From NCBI GenBank assembly GCA_963758525.1, contig CAVWVQ010000001.1:352001-416000 (forward strand): a stretch of 64,000 bases of DNA, written 5' to 3'. The notes beneath the pieces are model-generated. The model made no database searches and was not told the DNA's origin. It worked only from the letters and a program-made list of their open reading frames with translations. Below, one piece after another: positions 9,560 through 19,896 of the stretch (positions within the stretch are counted from its first letter, which is position 1; each line of letters opens with the position of its first letter). The DNA is from an uncultured Phycisphaerales bacterium (GTDB lineage Bacteria; Planctomycetota; Phycisphaerae; Tepidisphaerales; Tepidisphaeraceae). The position numbers and the translations under genes are program-made.

Positions 9560-10479
9560 CTACGGAACCTCTTCCTCCAGCTTGCGCAGCGACATGCCGA
9601 AGTTGCCGAGCTGTTGCTTGATTTCATTGAGGCTCGTCTGTCCGAAATTCTTGCAGCCGAGCAGTTCGTCTTCGGTGCGGCTCGAGAGTTCGGCGAGGCT
9701 GTTGATGTTGAGCCGCTGCAGGGCCTTGCGCGAGCGAACGGAAAGCTCCAGATCCGCAACGCTCTTGGCGAGCACTTCCGGCGCGACATTGCCGGGGGCA
9801 GCGGCCGCCACGGGGCGGCGAATCGCGATCTTGCTTTCATCGGCAACCTGCCCCAGCCGCAGACCCTTCTGGGCCAGCAACGATTTGATTTCGTTCAGGC
9901 TGGTCTCGCCGAAGTTCTTGTACGCCAGCAGATCCGCCTCGGTGGTCTTGAGCAGATCGCCGACGGTGCGGAGATTCATCTTCTTGAGACAGTTGCGGCT
10001 GCGGACCGACAGCTCGAAATCGGTGATCGGAATTTCGAGCACGGCGCTGCGGCGATCGCCGCGGCGATCCGAGTCCTCGTCGTAGTACATCGAGCGGGCC
10101 GACTCCACGTCCTTCATGTAGAGGCGGGCTCGCGCGTGGTTCGGGTTGGTGCGCAGGACCGCGTCGAGGCAGCGGTGCGCCTCGTCGTAGTGATTGTTGT
10201 CCTCGTACAAGACCGCAAGATTCATCAGGGCGTTGAGATGAACCGGGGGGCTGGTGCAGACGCGTTCGTACAGCTCGATCGCACGCGCATCCTCGGCGCA
10301 CGGTCGTACAGAATCGCCAGCGCGAAGCACGCCTTCTCATTGTCAGGGTTTTCCCCGAGCGCGCGCTCGTAATATTCGGCGGCCTTTTCAGGCAGCCCGT
10401 GCTGCTCGGCCTCGTGGCCTCGGCGGAAATATTCTTCACTTGCACGATCGTTGATGGAGGAGACGGAAAGTTCGTTCAT
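9560..10479 (-). CDS. TPR protein with two tandem RNA polymerase alpha C-terminal-like domains (frameshift near 10300)
   Basis: TPR helices, then ELSVRSRNCLKK...KNFGETSLNEIK and ELSVRSRKALQR...KNFGQTSLNEIK. Confidence 0.9.
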
Positions 10480-10614
10480 AGGATGAATCTGTGATAGCCT
10501 GTGGTTTTGACGAATATCTGCCCTGGACGCACTCCGCTGCAGATAACTGACCCTGTATTCTGAGGAATCTGCGACGCGTGTCAATGATCCTGCATCACAC
10601 CCCGGCCAGTCAAT

Positions 10615-10914
10615 ATGAAGTTCGGCCGCATCAAACGACAGCATGGCCGCGTGGGAGGGTTGGACAAGATCCTCGACCGGATCGTGCGCGATTGTCCCCA
10701 TGTCTCGCGCATCGTACCAGGACGCATCAAGGTGCGCCGCGGGCATTCGCCGGCGTCGCTGAAGGTCCAATATCCAACAGGCGCCGGCCTGAAATGCATT
10801 TTCACCGGTACGGGAACGGCGCAGGAGGTGTTCCTCATCTGTTCCGACGCGGCGGCGGCACATCGCTGGCTGCTCGATCAGAACATCGCGACGCAGGGGG
10901 AAGGCCGTGAGTGA
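10615..10914 (+). CDS. DUF2103-like small protein
   Basis: H..(V)GGL.KIL, IVPGRI, GLKC, QEVFL pattern recalled for DUF2103; overlaps the start of the next gene. Confidence 0.6.
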   Translation: MKFGRIKRQHGRVGGLDKILDRIVRDCPHVSRIVPGRIKVRRGHSPASLKVQYPTGAGLKCIFTGTGTAQEVFLICSDAAAAHRWLLDQNIATQGEGRE

Positions 10915-11919
10915 AGTCGATCCGGTTGCAATCGGCGCCGCAGTACAGGTGCTGCGCGACGGCGGCCTTGTGGCGTTTGCGACGGAAACGGTTTACGGCC
11001 TCGGGGCGGACGCAACAAATCCGGCCGCCATCGCGCGGATTTATCAGGCGAAAGGAAGGCCGCCGACCAACCCGCTGATCGTCCATGTAAGCGATGAGGC
11101 AATGGCGCAAAATACACGGCGCGCTGGCCGGCCGCAGCTCAGACACTGGCTCGGGCATTCTGGCCGGGGCCGCTGACGCTGGTCGTTCCGCGCGCTCCCA
11201 CGATCGCTCCACAGGTGAGCGCGGGGCTCGAGACGATTGGCGTGCGGGCGCCAAATCACCCGCTTGCCCAGATGTTGCTCCGCGCTTTCGACGGCCCGAT
11301 CGCCGCGCCCAGCGCGAACCGCAGCACCCGGATCAGCCCCACAACCGCTGCGCATGTGCGCGCGGAATTCGGAGAAGCAGTCGGCATGATTCTCGACGGG
11401 GGCGCGTGCCAGGTGGGAATTGAGTCAACCGTGATTGATGTCAGCGGGCCATCCGCAAGAATCCTGCGGCCCGGAAGCATCACGAGCAAGCAGATTGCCG
11501 ATCTGATCGGGGAAGTGGGAAGCGTCTGCATCGGAAGCGACGCGTCACAACCGGCATTAAGCCCCGGCCAACAATCGGTTCACTACGCGCCAAGCACGCC
11601 GGCGTACCGCGTCCCGGGCGAGCAGCTTGAGCGGGTGCTACGCGAGTCGGACGGGAACGACCGCAGGCGCGCCGCGGTCCTGCTGATGGAAGGCTCGCAA
11701 TCGATCTCCGTTGCTTGGCAGCACTCGGCTGGCTCGCATCGCGTCGTCACCCTGCCCCGCGATCCTCGGGACTACGCGAGAATGCTCTATGCTGCGTTGC
11801 GCGATTTGGATGCTGGCGGGTTTAGCGCAATCTGGATCGAACTTCCGCCGGAGCGGCCCGAGTGGGTTGCGGTTCGAGACCGCATCATTCGGGCGACGGC
11901 GGTCTATCCGGCGCGCTGA
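10907..11919 (+). CDS. tsaC: L-threonylcarbamoyladenylate synthase, Sua5 type (frameshift near 11110)
   Basis: TETVYGLGADA, KGRP.TNPLIVH, AAPSANRS, GIESTV, C-terminal Sua5 domain with SPGQ...HYAP. Confidence 0.92.
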
Positions 11920-11941
11920 TTCGCCCTGTTCTCGGCAATCG

Positions 11942-12388
11942 TCAGGCCCGGCGCGACTGGACGATCTTTGCGAATTCCGCCGCCACGGCCTGCTCTTCCA
12001 CGACCACCTCATTGGCCCCGGCCCGATGCGCCTGCATCCCGCTGGAGATAAAGCGACAGCGCGCGATAATGTGAATCGCCGGATTCAGGCGGCGGGCGAT
12101 CGTGATCGCCTGCAGGACCGCCCCATCGCTTGGCACCGTAATCGCGAACAGCCAGCTTCGCTCGATGCCGGCGCGGCGCAAAGTCTCCTCTTCGACGACA
12201 TCGCCCTCGATGATTGGAACCACGTGCTCGCATCGCCGAACTGTGTCGGCGTTGAGCTCGATCACGCAGAATGGAACATTGCGTTCGCGCAGCAGATCCC
12301 CCACCGCCCGGCCCGGCAAGCCGTAACCGGCAATGACGGCGTGCCCGCTGAGTGACTCCGCATCGACTTGTTCCTGCGTTGCATTCAT
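11942..12388 (-). CDS. Stand-alone TrkA-N/RCK (NAD-binding) domain protein
   Basis: HAVIAGYGLPGRAV, IIEGD, LRRAGIE, IIARC, GANEVV. Confidence 0.85.
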   Translation of the reverse strand: MNATQEQVDAESLSGHAVIAGYGLPGRAVGDLLRERNVPFCVIELNADTVRRCEHVVPIIEGDVVEEETLRRAGIERSWLFAITVPSDGAVLQAITIARRLNPAIHIIARCRFISSGMQAHRAGANEVVVEEQAVAAEFAKIVQSRRA

Positions 12389-12506
12389 TTCGCGATCGAT
12401 ACGCCCTTTGCGATATGCAGCAGACCGGGCTCGCCCGATGCTCGAGCAACCCGTGCAAATTCTATATCGTACGGCCCGGCGTGACCATCGCGCGGCAGCA
12501 CGACCA

Positions 12507-12944
12507 TTACGAGTGCGCGGGCTGCGCAGCCAACCAGGCCCCGAATGCGATGAACACGATGCCCATCCAATTGATCCCCGAAGGGCGTTCCCCCAGAAAG
12601 ATGACCGCAAGGACCGCCGCCAGCGGGACGCTGAGTTTATCGATCGGCGCCACCTGCGAGACGCGGGCGATGTTGAGCGCTTCGAATCCGAAGAGCCAGC
12701 TCGTCGCCCCGGCGATCCCTGAGAGCACGATCATCAGCAGCGCCGTGGCATGCAGTTGCGGAACATGCGCCCATCTTTTTTGGACCGTACAGACGACGAG
12801 CATGAAGGCCATCATCACCACGCTTCGCAGCGCCGTTGCGAGGACGGGATTCACTTCCTTCATTCCGACTTTTCCGAGGATGCCGACGACCGCCGCGCTG
12901 GCTGCGGCCAGGACAGCGTAGAGAAACCATTTTTCAGCAAACAT
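12507..12944 (-). CDS. EamA/DMT family transporter (single domain)
   Basis: LATALRS, VSQVAPIDKLSV, FLGER; 5 TM segments. Confidence 0.9.
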   Translation of the reverse strand: MFAEKWFLYAVLAAASAAVVGILGKVGMKEVNPVLATALRSVVMMAFMLVVCTVQKRWAHVPQLHATALLMIVLSGIAGATSWLFGFEALNIARVSQVAPIDKLSVPLAAVLAVIFLGERPSGINWMGIVFIAFGAWLAAQPAHS

Positions 12945-12974
12945 GGCGGAAGTATAGTCCAATCTGCTTAATCT

Positions 12975-13020
12975 GTTTCGTGAAGATTCGTGCGTAATTT
13001 CGTGTCGATTCGTGTTCAGC
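12975..13020. repeat. Short tandem ATTCGTG-type repeat
   Basis: Same motif family forms an inverted pair at 30729-30828. Confidence 0.6.
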
Positions 13021-13212
13021 ATTTTGGGTCACTCGGAACCGGGCAGGATCGCACGCAGCCATCGAACCAGTGGGAACTACCATTACGACAGTTTGGCCCG
13101 CTCGTGACAGCATTCCGCGGCCAATCGTCACGGAGGCGGTTGAGTTCGCCCAATAATCTCGTTTTTGTCGAGCGTTGCAGAGTTTGGTATGGCCCATGCT
13201 CTTATGCACGGC

Positions 13213-13404
13213 ATGAAATACCTCACTACTCTCACACTCGGAATGGCGTTGTTCGGCTTTGGCTTCACCAGCGGGTGCACTGTGCATCATGAAGATACGG
13301 ATAAACAGGGCCTGCTGGGCGGCGAGACGCACGAATCGAAGACCACCGTTCAGGACCCAGGCGGAAATACCGTCTACAAGAGCGACTCGAAGACGAGCAA
13401 CTAA
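13213..13404 (+). CDS. Small putative lipoprotein
   Basis: MKYLTTLTLGMALFGFGFTSGC signal/lipobox followed by a polar tail. Confidence 0.7.
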   Translation: MKYLTTLTLGMALFGFGFTSGCTVHHEDTDKQGLLGGETHESKTTVQDPGGNTVYKSDSKTSN

Positions 13405-13477
13405 CCGGGCAGCCTTCGTGAACTGCAGATGGCGCCGGGAACTCATTCCCGGCGCTACTGCGGTTTTGTGCGCAGCC

Positions 13478-14443
13478 CTAAGTGTGCCAGAAACTGAGCA
13501 GGCCGCGCGTCAGGAAAAACCAGAGTGCGGCTGCTTTGGTACCGTATCTTTCCGCGCCTTCGCGATCCCCCGTGACTCGGCTGACGAATGTTTTCAGAAG
13601 CAGCGGAAGCAGCCGGATGGGGGCATCGATCGTGATTCCTGTCTTGTAGACCAGCGCAGCCCAGCGGCTGCGATGGTGCTTTGCAAAATAGCGCACGAAA
13701 CCGCATAGATACCCCTGCAAGACCCAGCCGCGATTGAGGTGTGAACTCACCCGGCCCAGATGCGTGATCGATATCTCCGCGAGATAGTAGATTGACCCGA
13801 AGGCCCCCAGACGCACGCACAGATCCACATCCTCCACGCCAAACTTGAATCCTTCATCCCACTGTCCGCACTGAAAAAACGGCTCGCGCCGCACCAGCAG
13901 CGCGGCTGCCGCCAATTGCGGCACCGCCGCGCTTCGCTCGGCGTCGAAGGCGTGCCGATATTCGCGATACTGCTTTGAAAAGAGATTGGTCCATCGAACC
14001 GGCAACACCGCCTGGTGCAGGATCGCGCGGAGCGTGATGGCATTGCGACCGGTCCGCTGCGGCATTCCATCGGAGCCGATCAGCTTCGGTCCCACGGCAA
14101 CCACTTCCGAATGCTCATCGAGAAACGTCGCCAGCCCCAGCAAACTCCCCGGCGGAACAACCGTGTCGTTATTCAGAAAGAAAAGATATCGCCCCGAAGC
14201 GATTGCTGCGGCCTGGTTGTTCGCCGCCGCGAAACCGCGATTGGTGTTATTGCGAATCAGGGCGACGTCCGGGAAGTCGGTTGGAATGATGTCGGCCGAG
14301 CCATCCGTTGAATCGTTGTCGACGACAATAACCTGCGTCGTCACGCCCTCATGCCCATCCCGCAATGATTGCAGGCAATTGCGCAAAACTCGCTGCCCGT
14401 TCCAATTGACGATCAGAATCGAGACCACGGGTTGCACGTTCAT
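13478..14443 (-). CDS. Glycosyltransferase family 2
   Basis: SILIVNWN, VVDNDSTDGS, N.GFAAANN, FLNNDT, EDVDLC. Confidence 0.92.
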   Translation of the reverse strand: MNVQPVVSILIVNWNGQRVLRNCLQSLRDGHEGVTTQVIVVDNDSTDGSADIIPTDFPDVALIRNNTNRGFAAANNQAAAIASGRYLFFLNNDTVVPPGSLLGLATFLDEHSEVVAVGPKLIGSDGMPQRTGRNAITLRAILHQAVLPVRWTNLFSKQYREYRHAFDAERSAAVPQLAAAALLVRREPFFQCGQWDEGFKFGVEDVDLCVRLGAFGSIYYLAEISITHLGRVSSHLNRGWVLQGYLCGFVRYFAKHHRSRWAALVYKTGITIDAPIRLLPLLLKTFVSRVTGDREGAERYGTKAAALWFFLTRGLLSFWHT

Positions 14444-15324
14444 CCGCCGTACCCGTAATGGGTCATCCAGGATGTGTTGCGGACGCGATCGTAAAATTCG
14501 CGCACGGCCGGATCACCTTCAAAGGCGTTTGCCCGCCCGGTATTGAGGCCGACATTCGCAACGGCGTCGCGGAGCGTTCCGTCACTCGCTTGCAAGTCGC
14601 AAAATGCTGCCAGTTCCTTGAGGGGCAAGATCGGCTCGGCGAGGAACGTCTCGAAGCGAATGACTATTTGCGGGTTGGGCGTCTGCTTCAATGCGCGTGC
14701 CGCCTGGGCGATGTATTGCTCCCAGACCGCAAAGCCGCCTTCCAGCGTCAGGCAACGTGCCGAACCCTTGAAACCCGCGCGTTGCAGCCGAAATCGTCCG
14801 CCCGCGGCCCGCTTACCGTCAAATTCTTTTCGCCGGCGTTCCAGTTCGCGCATTTCGCGCATGCGCAGGCTGCTGGCAACGTCAACGCCATTGCGCACGA
14901 TGTAGATCAGCTTCGCGCCGGGAAACAACTTGAGCCACAACGGCAGCGTGAACAGCGTCCGCGGATCTTTCCATCCCCACGGCCGATCGAACGACAGCAG
15001 CGCGCCGCCCTTGAGCGACCATTTCTTTCCCAGAAATTCGCGCGTGCGGCTGGAAGAAAGATCATCCTCCAGACATCGCAGGGTGAGATCGAACGCGTCG
15101 GCATTTGCGAGGAAACCAAGAACCGGCTCGGGGTTATCCCACGCGGCATTCACCCGGCGCAACAACAGATCGTTCAGTTCCAGGAACCACGTCGACTCAT
15201 GGTCTTCCTGCAACTCGCTCCCCTGGAACAGCCCCAGCGCGTCGAGCAGCCGGGCAATCATGGCCGTGCCGGAGCGATGCATCCCAAGGAGAATCACCGG
15301 CTGCCGGACGGACGAAAGAGCCAT
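14440..15324 (-). CDS. Sulfotransferase family protein
   Basis: LGMHRSGT PAPS-binding loop, WGWKDPR, RNGVDVASS. Confidence 0.88.
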   Translation of the reverse strand: MALSSVRQPVILLGMHRSGTAMIARLLDALGLFQGSELQEDHESTWFLELNDLLLRRVNAAWDNPEPVLGFLANADAFDLTLRCLEDDLSSSRTREFLGKKWSLKGGALLSFDRPWGWKDPRTLFTLPLWLKLFPGAKLIYIVRNGVDVASSLRMREMRELERRRKEFDGKRAAGGRFRLQRAGFKGSARCLTLEGGFAVWEQYIAQAARALKQTPNPQIVIRFETFLAEPILPLKELAAFCDLQASDGTLRDAVANVGLNTGRANAFEGDPAVREFYDRVRNTSWMTHYGYGG

Positions 15325-15366
15325 GAGGGCCACGATACTTCCCGATTGCCTCTGAGAGAAGCGATG

Positions 15367-15498
15367 CCAGAGACGAAGAGACGAAGAAATGACTAATGTC
15401 CAATGGCCAACAAAATCCCAAGCCACAATGACCAATGCGAGAACCAAGCTTGGGCCTTGGGGTTTGGTGCTTTGTTGGCCATTGGGCCTTGGACATTT
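15367..15498. repeat. Inverted pair of degenerate heptamer tandem repeats
   Basis: aatgtccaatggccaacaaa ... tttgttggccattgggccttggacatt. Confidence 0.7.
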
Positions 15499-15545
15499 CT
15501 GCCGCTTCCCGAGTCGACTCTCAGTTGCCAGGATTCGCCGCTCTT

Positions 15546-15590
15546 ACCCCCTCTCCCGGTACTCCGGAGAGGGTCGGGGTGAGGGTGATT
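15546..15590. repeat. Family B single copy
   Basis: ccctctcccggtactccggagagggtcggggtgagggtgattt. Confidence 0.8.
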
Positions 15591-15620
15591 TTTGAACGCA
15601 GAAGGTCTCTCGTATCCGCA

Positions 15621-16256
15621 TCACATCACTGCTTGCAACTCGGCGTAGAGCGACACGTATGCAGACTTCAACTGCTCGATCGCACTGGCCGTCGCCTCCG
15701 CGCCGCCCTCGGCCGGCACGTGAATCAGCTCGCCGTAATTGATCCCCTGCTTCCAAAGCTTCAGCGGAATCCAACGGCTCGGGCGAGAGTAATTTCCCGC
15801 TCCGAGCACGACGCACGGCAGGATCGGGACGCCGGCCAGTTGGGCGAGCCGAACGACTCCGGGACGAAAATTGCCGCCGTGGACAACTGAATCTTCCTCC
15901 TCGCGGATGTGGCCCTCGGGAAACATGGCGATCACTCTGCCGTTGCGCAGCCGGCGCTGCATTTCACGGACGGACGGATTATCGCGACGGGCGCGATCGA
16001 CGAAGATGCAGTTCATGTTGCGAAAAAACGGGCCGACCCACGGCTTGCGCTGCATCTCGACAATGCTGACGAAATCCAGGTGCCGTCTGGTCGAAAGGAT
16101 CAGCACCGCGGTGTCATAGGGACTCAGATGATTAGGCGCGAGAATGAACGGCCCTTCCCGGGGAACTCGATCGCGATGCAGCAGCACCCTTCGCGAGGCG
16201 GCCCACATCGGCGGCCCGCAGATCATCCAGATCGCCGTGTAATACCGATCGCTCAT
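15621..16256 (-). CDS. Lysophospholipid acyltransferase (PlsC-like)
   Basis: NHLSPYD (HX4D), FVDR, MFPEG. Confidence 0.9.
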   Translation of the reverse strand: MSDRYYTAIWMICGPPMWAASRRVLLHRDRVPREGPFILAPNHLSPYDTAVLILSTRRHLDFVSIVEMQRKPWVGPFFRNMNCIFVDRARRDNPSVREMQRRLRNGRVIAMFPEGHIREEEDSVVHGGNFRPGVVRLAQLAGVPILPCVVLGAGNYSRPSRWIPLKLWKQGINYGELIHVPAEGGAEATASAIEQLKSAYVSLYAELQAVM

Positions 16257-16977
16257 TCAAGGCACCGCCCCGTCAGGGAGCCGGTGCGCGTCAATCAGCT
16301 CACGGCAGAGCGCCACGCATGCGCGTTCCAGCGCCTCGGCCATCTGCTGGCGCGGGCCGCGGCAAAAGCGTCTGATCCGACCAGATCGGTTCTCCAAATG
16401 CGATCCACACCCGCGCTCGCCGAAACGGCAGCCAGGGACCGACGGTGTTCAGACATCCGGTGCCAAGCGCCACGCACGGAATGATCGGCACGTTGGCGCG
16501 GTAAGCAATCAGGCAGACGCCGCGTTTAATCTTCGCGCCTCGACAGACGGAGTTGAGTCCCGAAGCGACGCCGCCTTCGGGGAAGATCCCGACGACGCGC
16601 CCGGCGACCGCGCGACGGATCGCGGTGCGGATCGTGCTGACCGGCACTCCCTGGCGGTTCACGGGGAACGCCCCGATCAGGTTCAAAAACGTCCACGACC
16701 ACCATCGGCCGTAAAACTCGATGCGCGCCATGAAATCGACGTGTCTGTCGACCATCAGCCCGATGATGAATGGCTCGAGATGGCTCAGATGCGTGCAGGC
16801 GAGGAGATACCCGCCTTCTCGCTCAGGGATTTGCCTTCCGGTCACCTTGGCGCGAACCGTCAGAAACAAGATCAGCCGACCAGTGGCTTGGAAGATGAAA
16901 TAGACAACCGGGCTCCACCATCGCAATTGCGCCTGTTGACGATGCGCTGGTATCGGGAGATCGGGCCGCCTCGGCAT
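16257..16977 (-). CDS. Lysophospholipid acyltransferase (PlsC-like), HX4E variant; C-terminal frameshift near 16355
   Basis: THLSHLE, FPVNR, IFPEGG; corrected frame ends at a TGA abutting the next ATG. Confidence 0.85.
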
Positions 16978-17020
16978 GCTGCGGATCGCACCTGCCGCGA
17001 GGGTTCGGCCAGCAGCGGGT

Positions 17021-17833
17021 TCATTCAGCGGCTCCGGGCAGCGGCAGCAATGGGCGGATGGCGGACTCACGGTCGCCTCGCCCGCGGTCGGCGCGACGCG
17101 AGCGTTCGCTCATCGCGTCGGCAATCAGCCGGGCGTGCATCGACACGGCACGGAAGCTGTCGCGCCATGGCCGGAAATGACTCACGCGCGTGCCAGCGGG
17201 AAAGTATCGGCACGTCACCGGCAGGCTCATCACCGTCGCGCCGGCCCAGGCCAGGCGAACGATGATCTCTGTCTCAAAACCAAAATGCCCTGCCCGGCAT
17301 TTGGCCGCCGCCACAACGTCCAGCGGGTAGACGCGCAAGCCGCATTGACTGTCTGCAACGCGCTGGCCGCATTCCCAGCGAACCAGAAGATTGGAGACTC
17401 TGCGCCCCAGCAGGCTCCGGGCCGGATATTCGGCGGCGTGCTCATCGCGCGCGCCCAGCACCAACGCCGCGGGCGCCGCCGCCGCGGCGGCTATCAAAAG
17501 AGGGATATCCTCGGGCGCCAATTGACCGTCGGTATCGATCGATACGGCGTGCGAAAATCCCGCGGCGCGGGCGGCTTCGAAGCCGGTTAACAAAGCCGCC
17601 GCCTTGCCAAGATTCGTCGCATGGGTGCGGATGTAACGATTATGCCGGTCGTGCTGCCACTCGCTCAAGATCGACGACGTCTGATCGGATGAGCCATCAT
17701 CAATGGCGAATACCGGCAATCCCGCGGTTTCCAGGCGTTTCAACACGTCCCGCAGGGTTGAGGCATTGTTGTAGGTCGGCGCGACGACGGCCGGCCGGAA
17801 CAGAGAAGGCGAGTTGATCGCGGGATTTGCCAT
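17021..17833 (-). CDS. Glycosyltransferase family 2 (DPM-synthase-like)
   Basis: PTYNN, IDDGSSD, NLGKAAAL, DTDGQ, DSQCGLRVY, SHFRPWRD. Confidence 0.9.
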   Translation of the reverse strand: MANPAINSPSLFRPAVVAPTYNNASTLRDVLKRLETAGLPVFAIDDGSSDQTSSILSEWQHDRHNRYIRTHATNLGKAAALLTGFEAARAAGFSHAVSIDTDGQLAPEDIPLLIAAAAAAPAALVLGARDEHAAEYPARSLLGRRVSNLLVRWECGQRVADSQCGLRVYPLDVVAAAKCRAGHFGFETEIIVRLAWAGATVMSLPVTCRYFPAGTRVSHFRPWRDSFRAVSMHARLIADAMSERSRRADRGRGDRESAIRPLLPLPGAAE

Positions 17834-17925
17834 GATGCGGGGAGCCGAGGCCGATTTCGGGGGCGATCTTATCCAAAACGTTTTGGTATGCTACCGCTTC
17901 GTGCCCTTCGCGGGAGCGTTGAAAC

Positions 17926-18666
17926 ATGAGTCACCAAACCGAAGCGATGGTTAGGCGAGCGTCGTTCATATCAGCGCTCCTCTTCGCATTGAGCCTGGCG
18001 TCCGGCGTCGCCAAGGGAAGCTCCGGCATTCCGCGGGAGACGCGCAAACTGCTCGTGCTTGCGCCGATCGTCGCGAATCCCGACCCGCAATTCAACTGGC
18101 TCGGCGTTGCCATTCAGCAGAGCCTGGCAACTGATCTGACCCGGCAACTTCCCGTGCAGGTCGATGCCAGCGCCAGCTCAGCGAACGATGCCGCCGAGGC
18201 TGCAATCCTGGCGAAGAATGCCGGGGCTCAAAGGGTCATCATCAGCACGATTCAAGTTGCCGGCGATCAGATCCGAATCACCGGGCAAATCATCGACTCC
18301 GCAAATCAGCGAGTGCTGCTGGCGCTCAAAGCGACCGGCCGGCTCGACGATCTGTTCGAGATGGAAGATCAGCTTTCGGGGCAGGCCGCGCGCGGGCTGA
18401 TCCCGGCGCGCCCGCTGTCGAAGCAAGCTTCGCCAGCCGCGATCGCGCCTTCCGGCGCGCTTCGCCTCAACTACGCCACGGCCGACGCGCAGGCTGGCCT
18501 GCAATACGCGAGGCCCTACGAGAACAATCGTTTTCAAGCTGCGGAAGATCGTTACTTCTTCGGCTCCTCGTACGGCTCCAACTGGTGTTTCGGAGGCTGG
18601 TACGGCCTGGGCTTGGGGTGGGGTTACAGCACCTATCATCCCGCCGCACCGGGATGGGCGTGGTAA
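17926..18666 (+). CDS. Secreted protein with TolB-N/CsgG/FlgO-like domain and G/W/Y-rich tail
   Basis: Signal peptide; WLG.AI...L..DL, IQVAGDQIRITGQIID, DDLFEMED pattern. Confidence 0.65.
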   Translation: MSHQTEAMVRRASFISALLFALSLASGVAKGSSGIPRETRKLLVLAPIVANPDPQFNWLGVAIQQSLATDLTRQLPVQVDASASSANDAAEAAILAKNAGAQRVIISTIQVAGDQIRITGQIIDSANQRVLLALKATGRLDDLFEMEDQLSGQAARGLIPARPLSKQASPAAIAPSGALRLNYATADAQAGLQYARPYENNRFQAAEDRYFFGSSYGSNWCFGGWYGLGLGWGYSTYHPAAPGWAW

Positions 18667-18694
18667 GCACACTCGCGGTAATGAGCGAAGATGT

Positions 18695-18803
18695 GGTTAG
18701 CCGCGACGCGCAGCGGAGCGCGTATTTTTGGGAGTTGCGAGGGGCGAGGTAATAGCGCTGCTTCTCGTTCGAATACGCGCTCCGCTGCGCGTCGCGGCTA
18801 ACC
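18695..18803. repeat. Family A inverted pair between convergent genes
   Basis: ggttagccgcgacgcgcagcggagcgcgtatt ... aatacgcgctccgctgcgcgtcgcggctaacc. Confidence 0.9.
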
Positions 18804-18862
18804 TCAGCTCACCTTCGATCCTATCGTCAGTCAAAGCGAACAGAACTCTCTCGCTCCGGCTC

Positions 18863-19666
18863 TCACTTCACACCGCTCAGCAGTTCCCTCGCGTATGCAG
18901 CAGACAGGCTGGCGAGATCTTTGGGGCTCCGGCCCGGATTCGCGTTCACGACTTTGACGAACGCGCTTCCGACGATCGCGCCGTCGGCCAATCCCTGTAA
19001 TTGTGCAAGATGGCGCGGCTTGGAAATACCAAAGCCGACGCAGATCGGCCGGTCGGTCAGGCCCTTGAGCTGGCGGATCCCGTCGGCCAGATCGGCAGGG
19101 AGATTTTCGCGCTCACCGGTCACGCCGGACAGTGAAAGGTAGTAGACGAATCCGCTGCAAAGCCGGGCAATTTCGCGGCGGCGTTCGATGGTCGTGGTCG
19201 GAGCCACCAGCAGGACCGTGTCGAGGCCCCCGCCGCGAATGACATCGCAGACTCGCTGCGCTTCAGGCGGCGGAAGGTCCGGAATGATCAGCGCATCAAA
19301 CCCCGACGACTTGGCCGTCGAGACGAAACGCTCCAGCCCGTATCGATACACGATGCTGTAACTCACCATCGCCAGAAGCGGAATCGAAACCTTCGCGCGA
19401 GCGGCAGCGACTGCATTGAACACATCCGCAACCTTGAGCCCTTTGGCAAGCGCAAGCGTAAACGCCTCCTGGATCGTCGGGCCGTCGGCGATCGGATCGG
19501 AGAACGGGAAACCCACTTCGATCGCGCTGGCCCCGGCGGCATCGAGCGCGACGATGGTTTCGGTGGTCGTCGCGACGTCCGGGAAGCCCGCCGCGATAAA
19601 CGGCAAAAGCCCAATGCGCTCCCGGGAACGCAAATCGTCAAATACGCTGCTGATCGTCTGTCGCAT
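18863..19666 (-). CDS. trpA: Tryptophan synthase alpha chain
   Basis: IEVGFPFSDPIADGPTIQ, IIPDLP, LVAPTT, GVTG, VGFGIS, GAIVGSA. Confidence 0.97.
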   Translation of the reverse strand: MRQTISSVFDDLRSRERIGLLPFIAAGFPDVATTTETIVALDAAGASAIEVGFPFSDPIADGPTIQEAFTLALAKGLKVADVFNAVAAARAKVSIPLLAMVSYSIVYRYGLERFVSTAKSSGFDALIIPDLPPPEAQRVCDVIRGGGLDTVLLVAPTTTIERRREIARLCSGFVYYLSLSGVTGERENLPADLADGIRQLKGLTDRPICVGFGISKPRHLAQLQGLADGAIVGSAFVKVVNANPGRSPKDLASLSAAYARELLSGVK

Positions 19667-19749
19667 CAGGTTCTGTCTAATTTGAATGGCGCGCCCGGAT
19701 GAGGTCGTCACGGCGCTGCGGGCTAAGACACGCTTTAGGAATTCGCTTC

Positions 19750-19875
19750 TCCCCTCCCCTGGGACTCCGGGGGAAGATCAGGGTGGGGGCGGCGGTCGAG
19801 GAAAAGTTGCAAATATTCTTCACTGCGGAGCAAAACGCCCCAATCCCAGCCCTCTCCGCAGTATCAGGGGAGTGG
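19750..19875. repeat. Degenerate family B inverted pair between trpB and trpA
   Basis: cccctcccctgggactccgggggaag ... ccctctccgcagtatcaggggagtggg. Confidence 0.7.
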
Positions 19876-19896
19876 GCAAGGCATCTGACAACGATG

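Noticed and set aside
9560..10479. Calling this gene rpoA
   Set aside because: It lacks the alpha N-terminal assembly domain and is outside the ribosomal-protein operon context.
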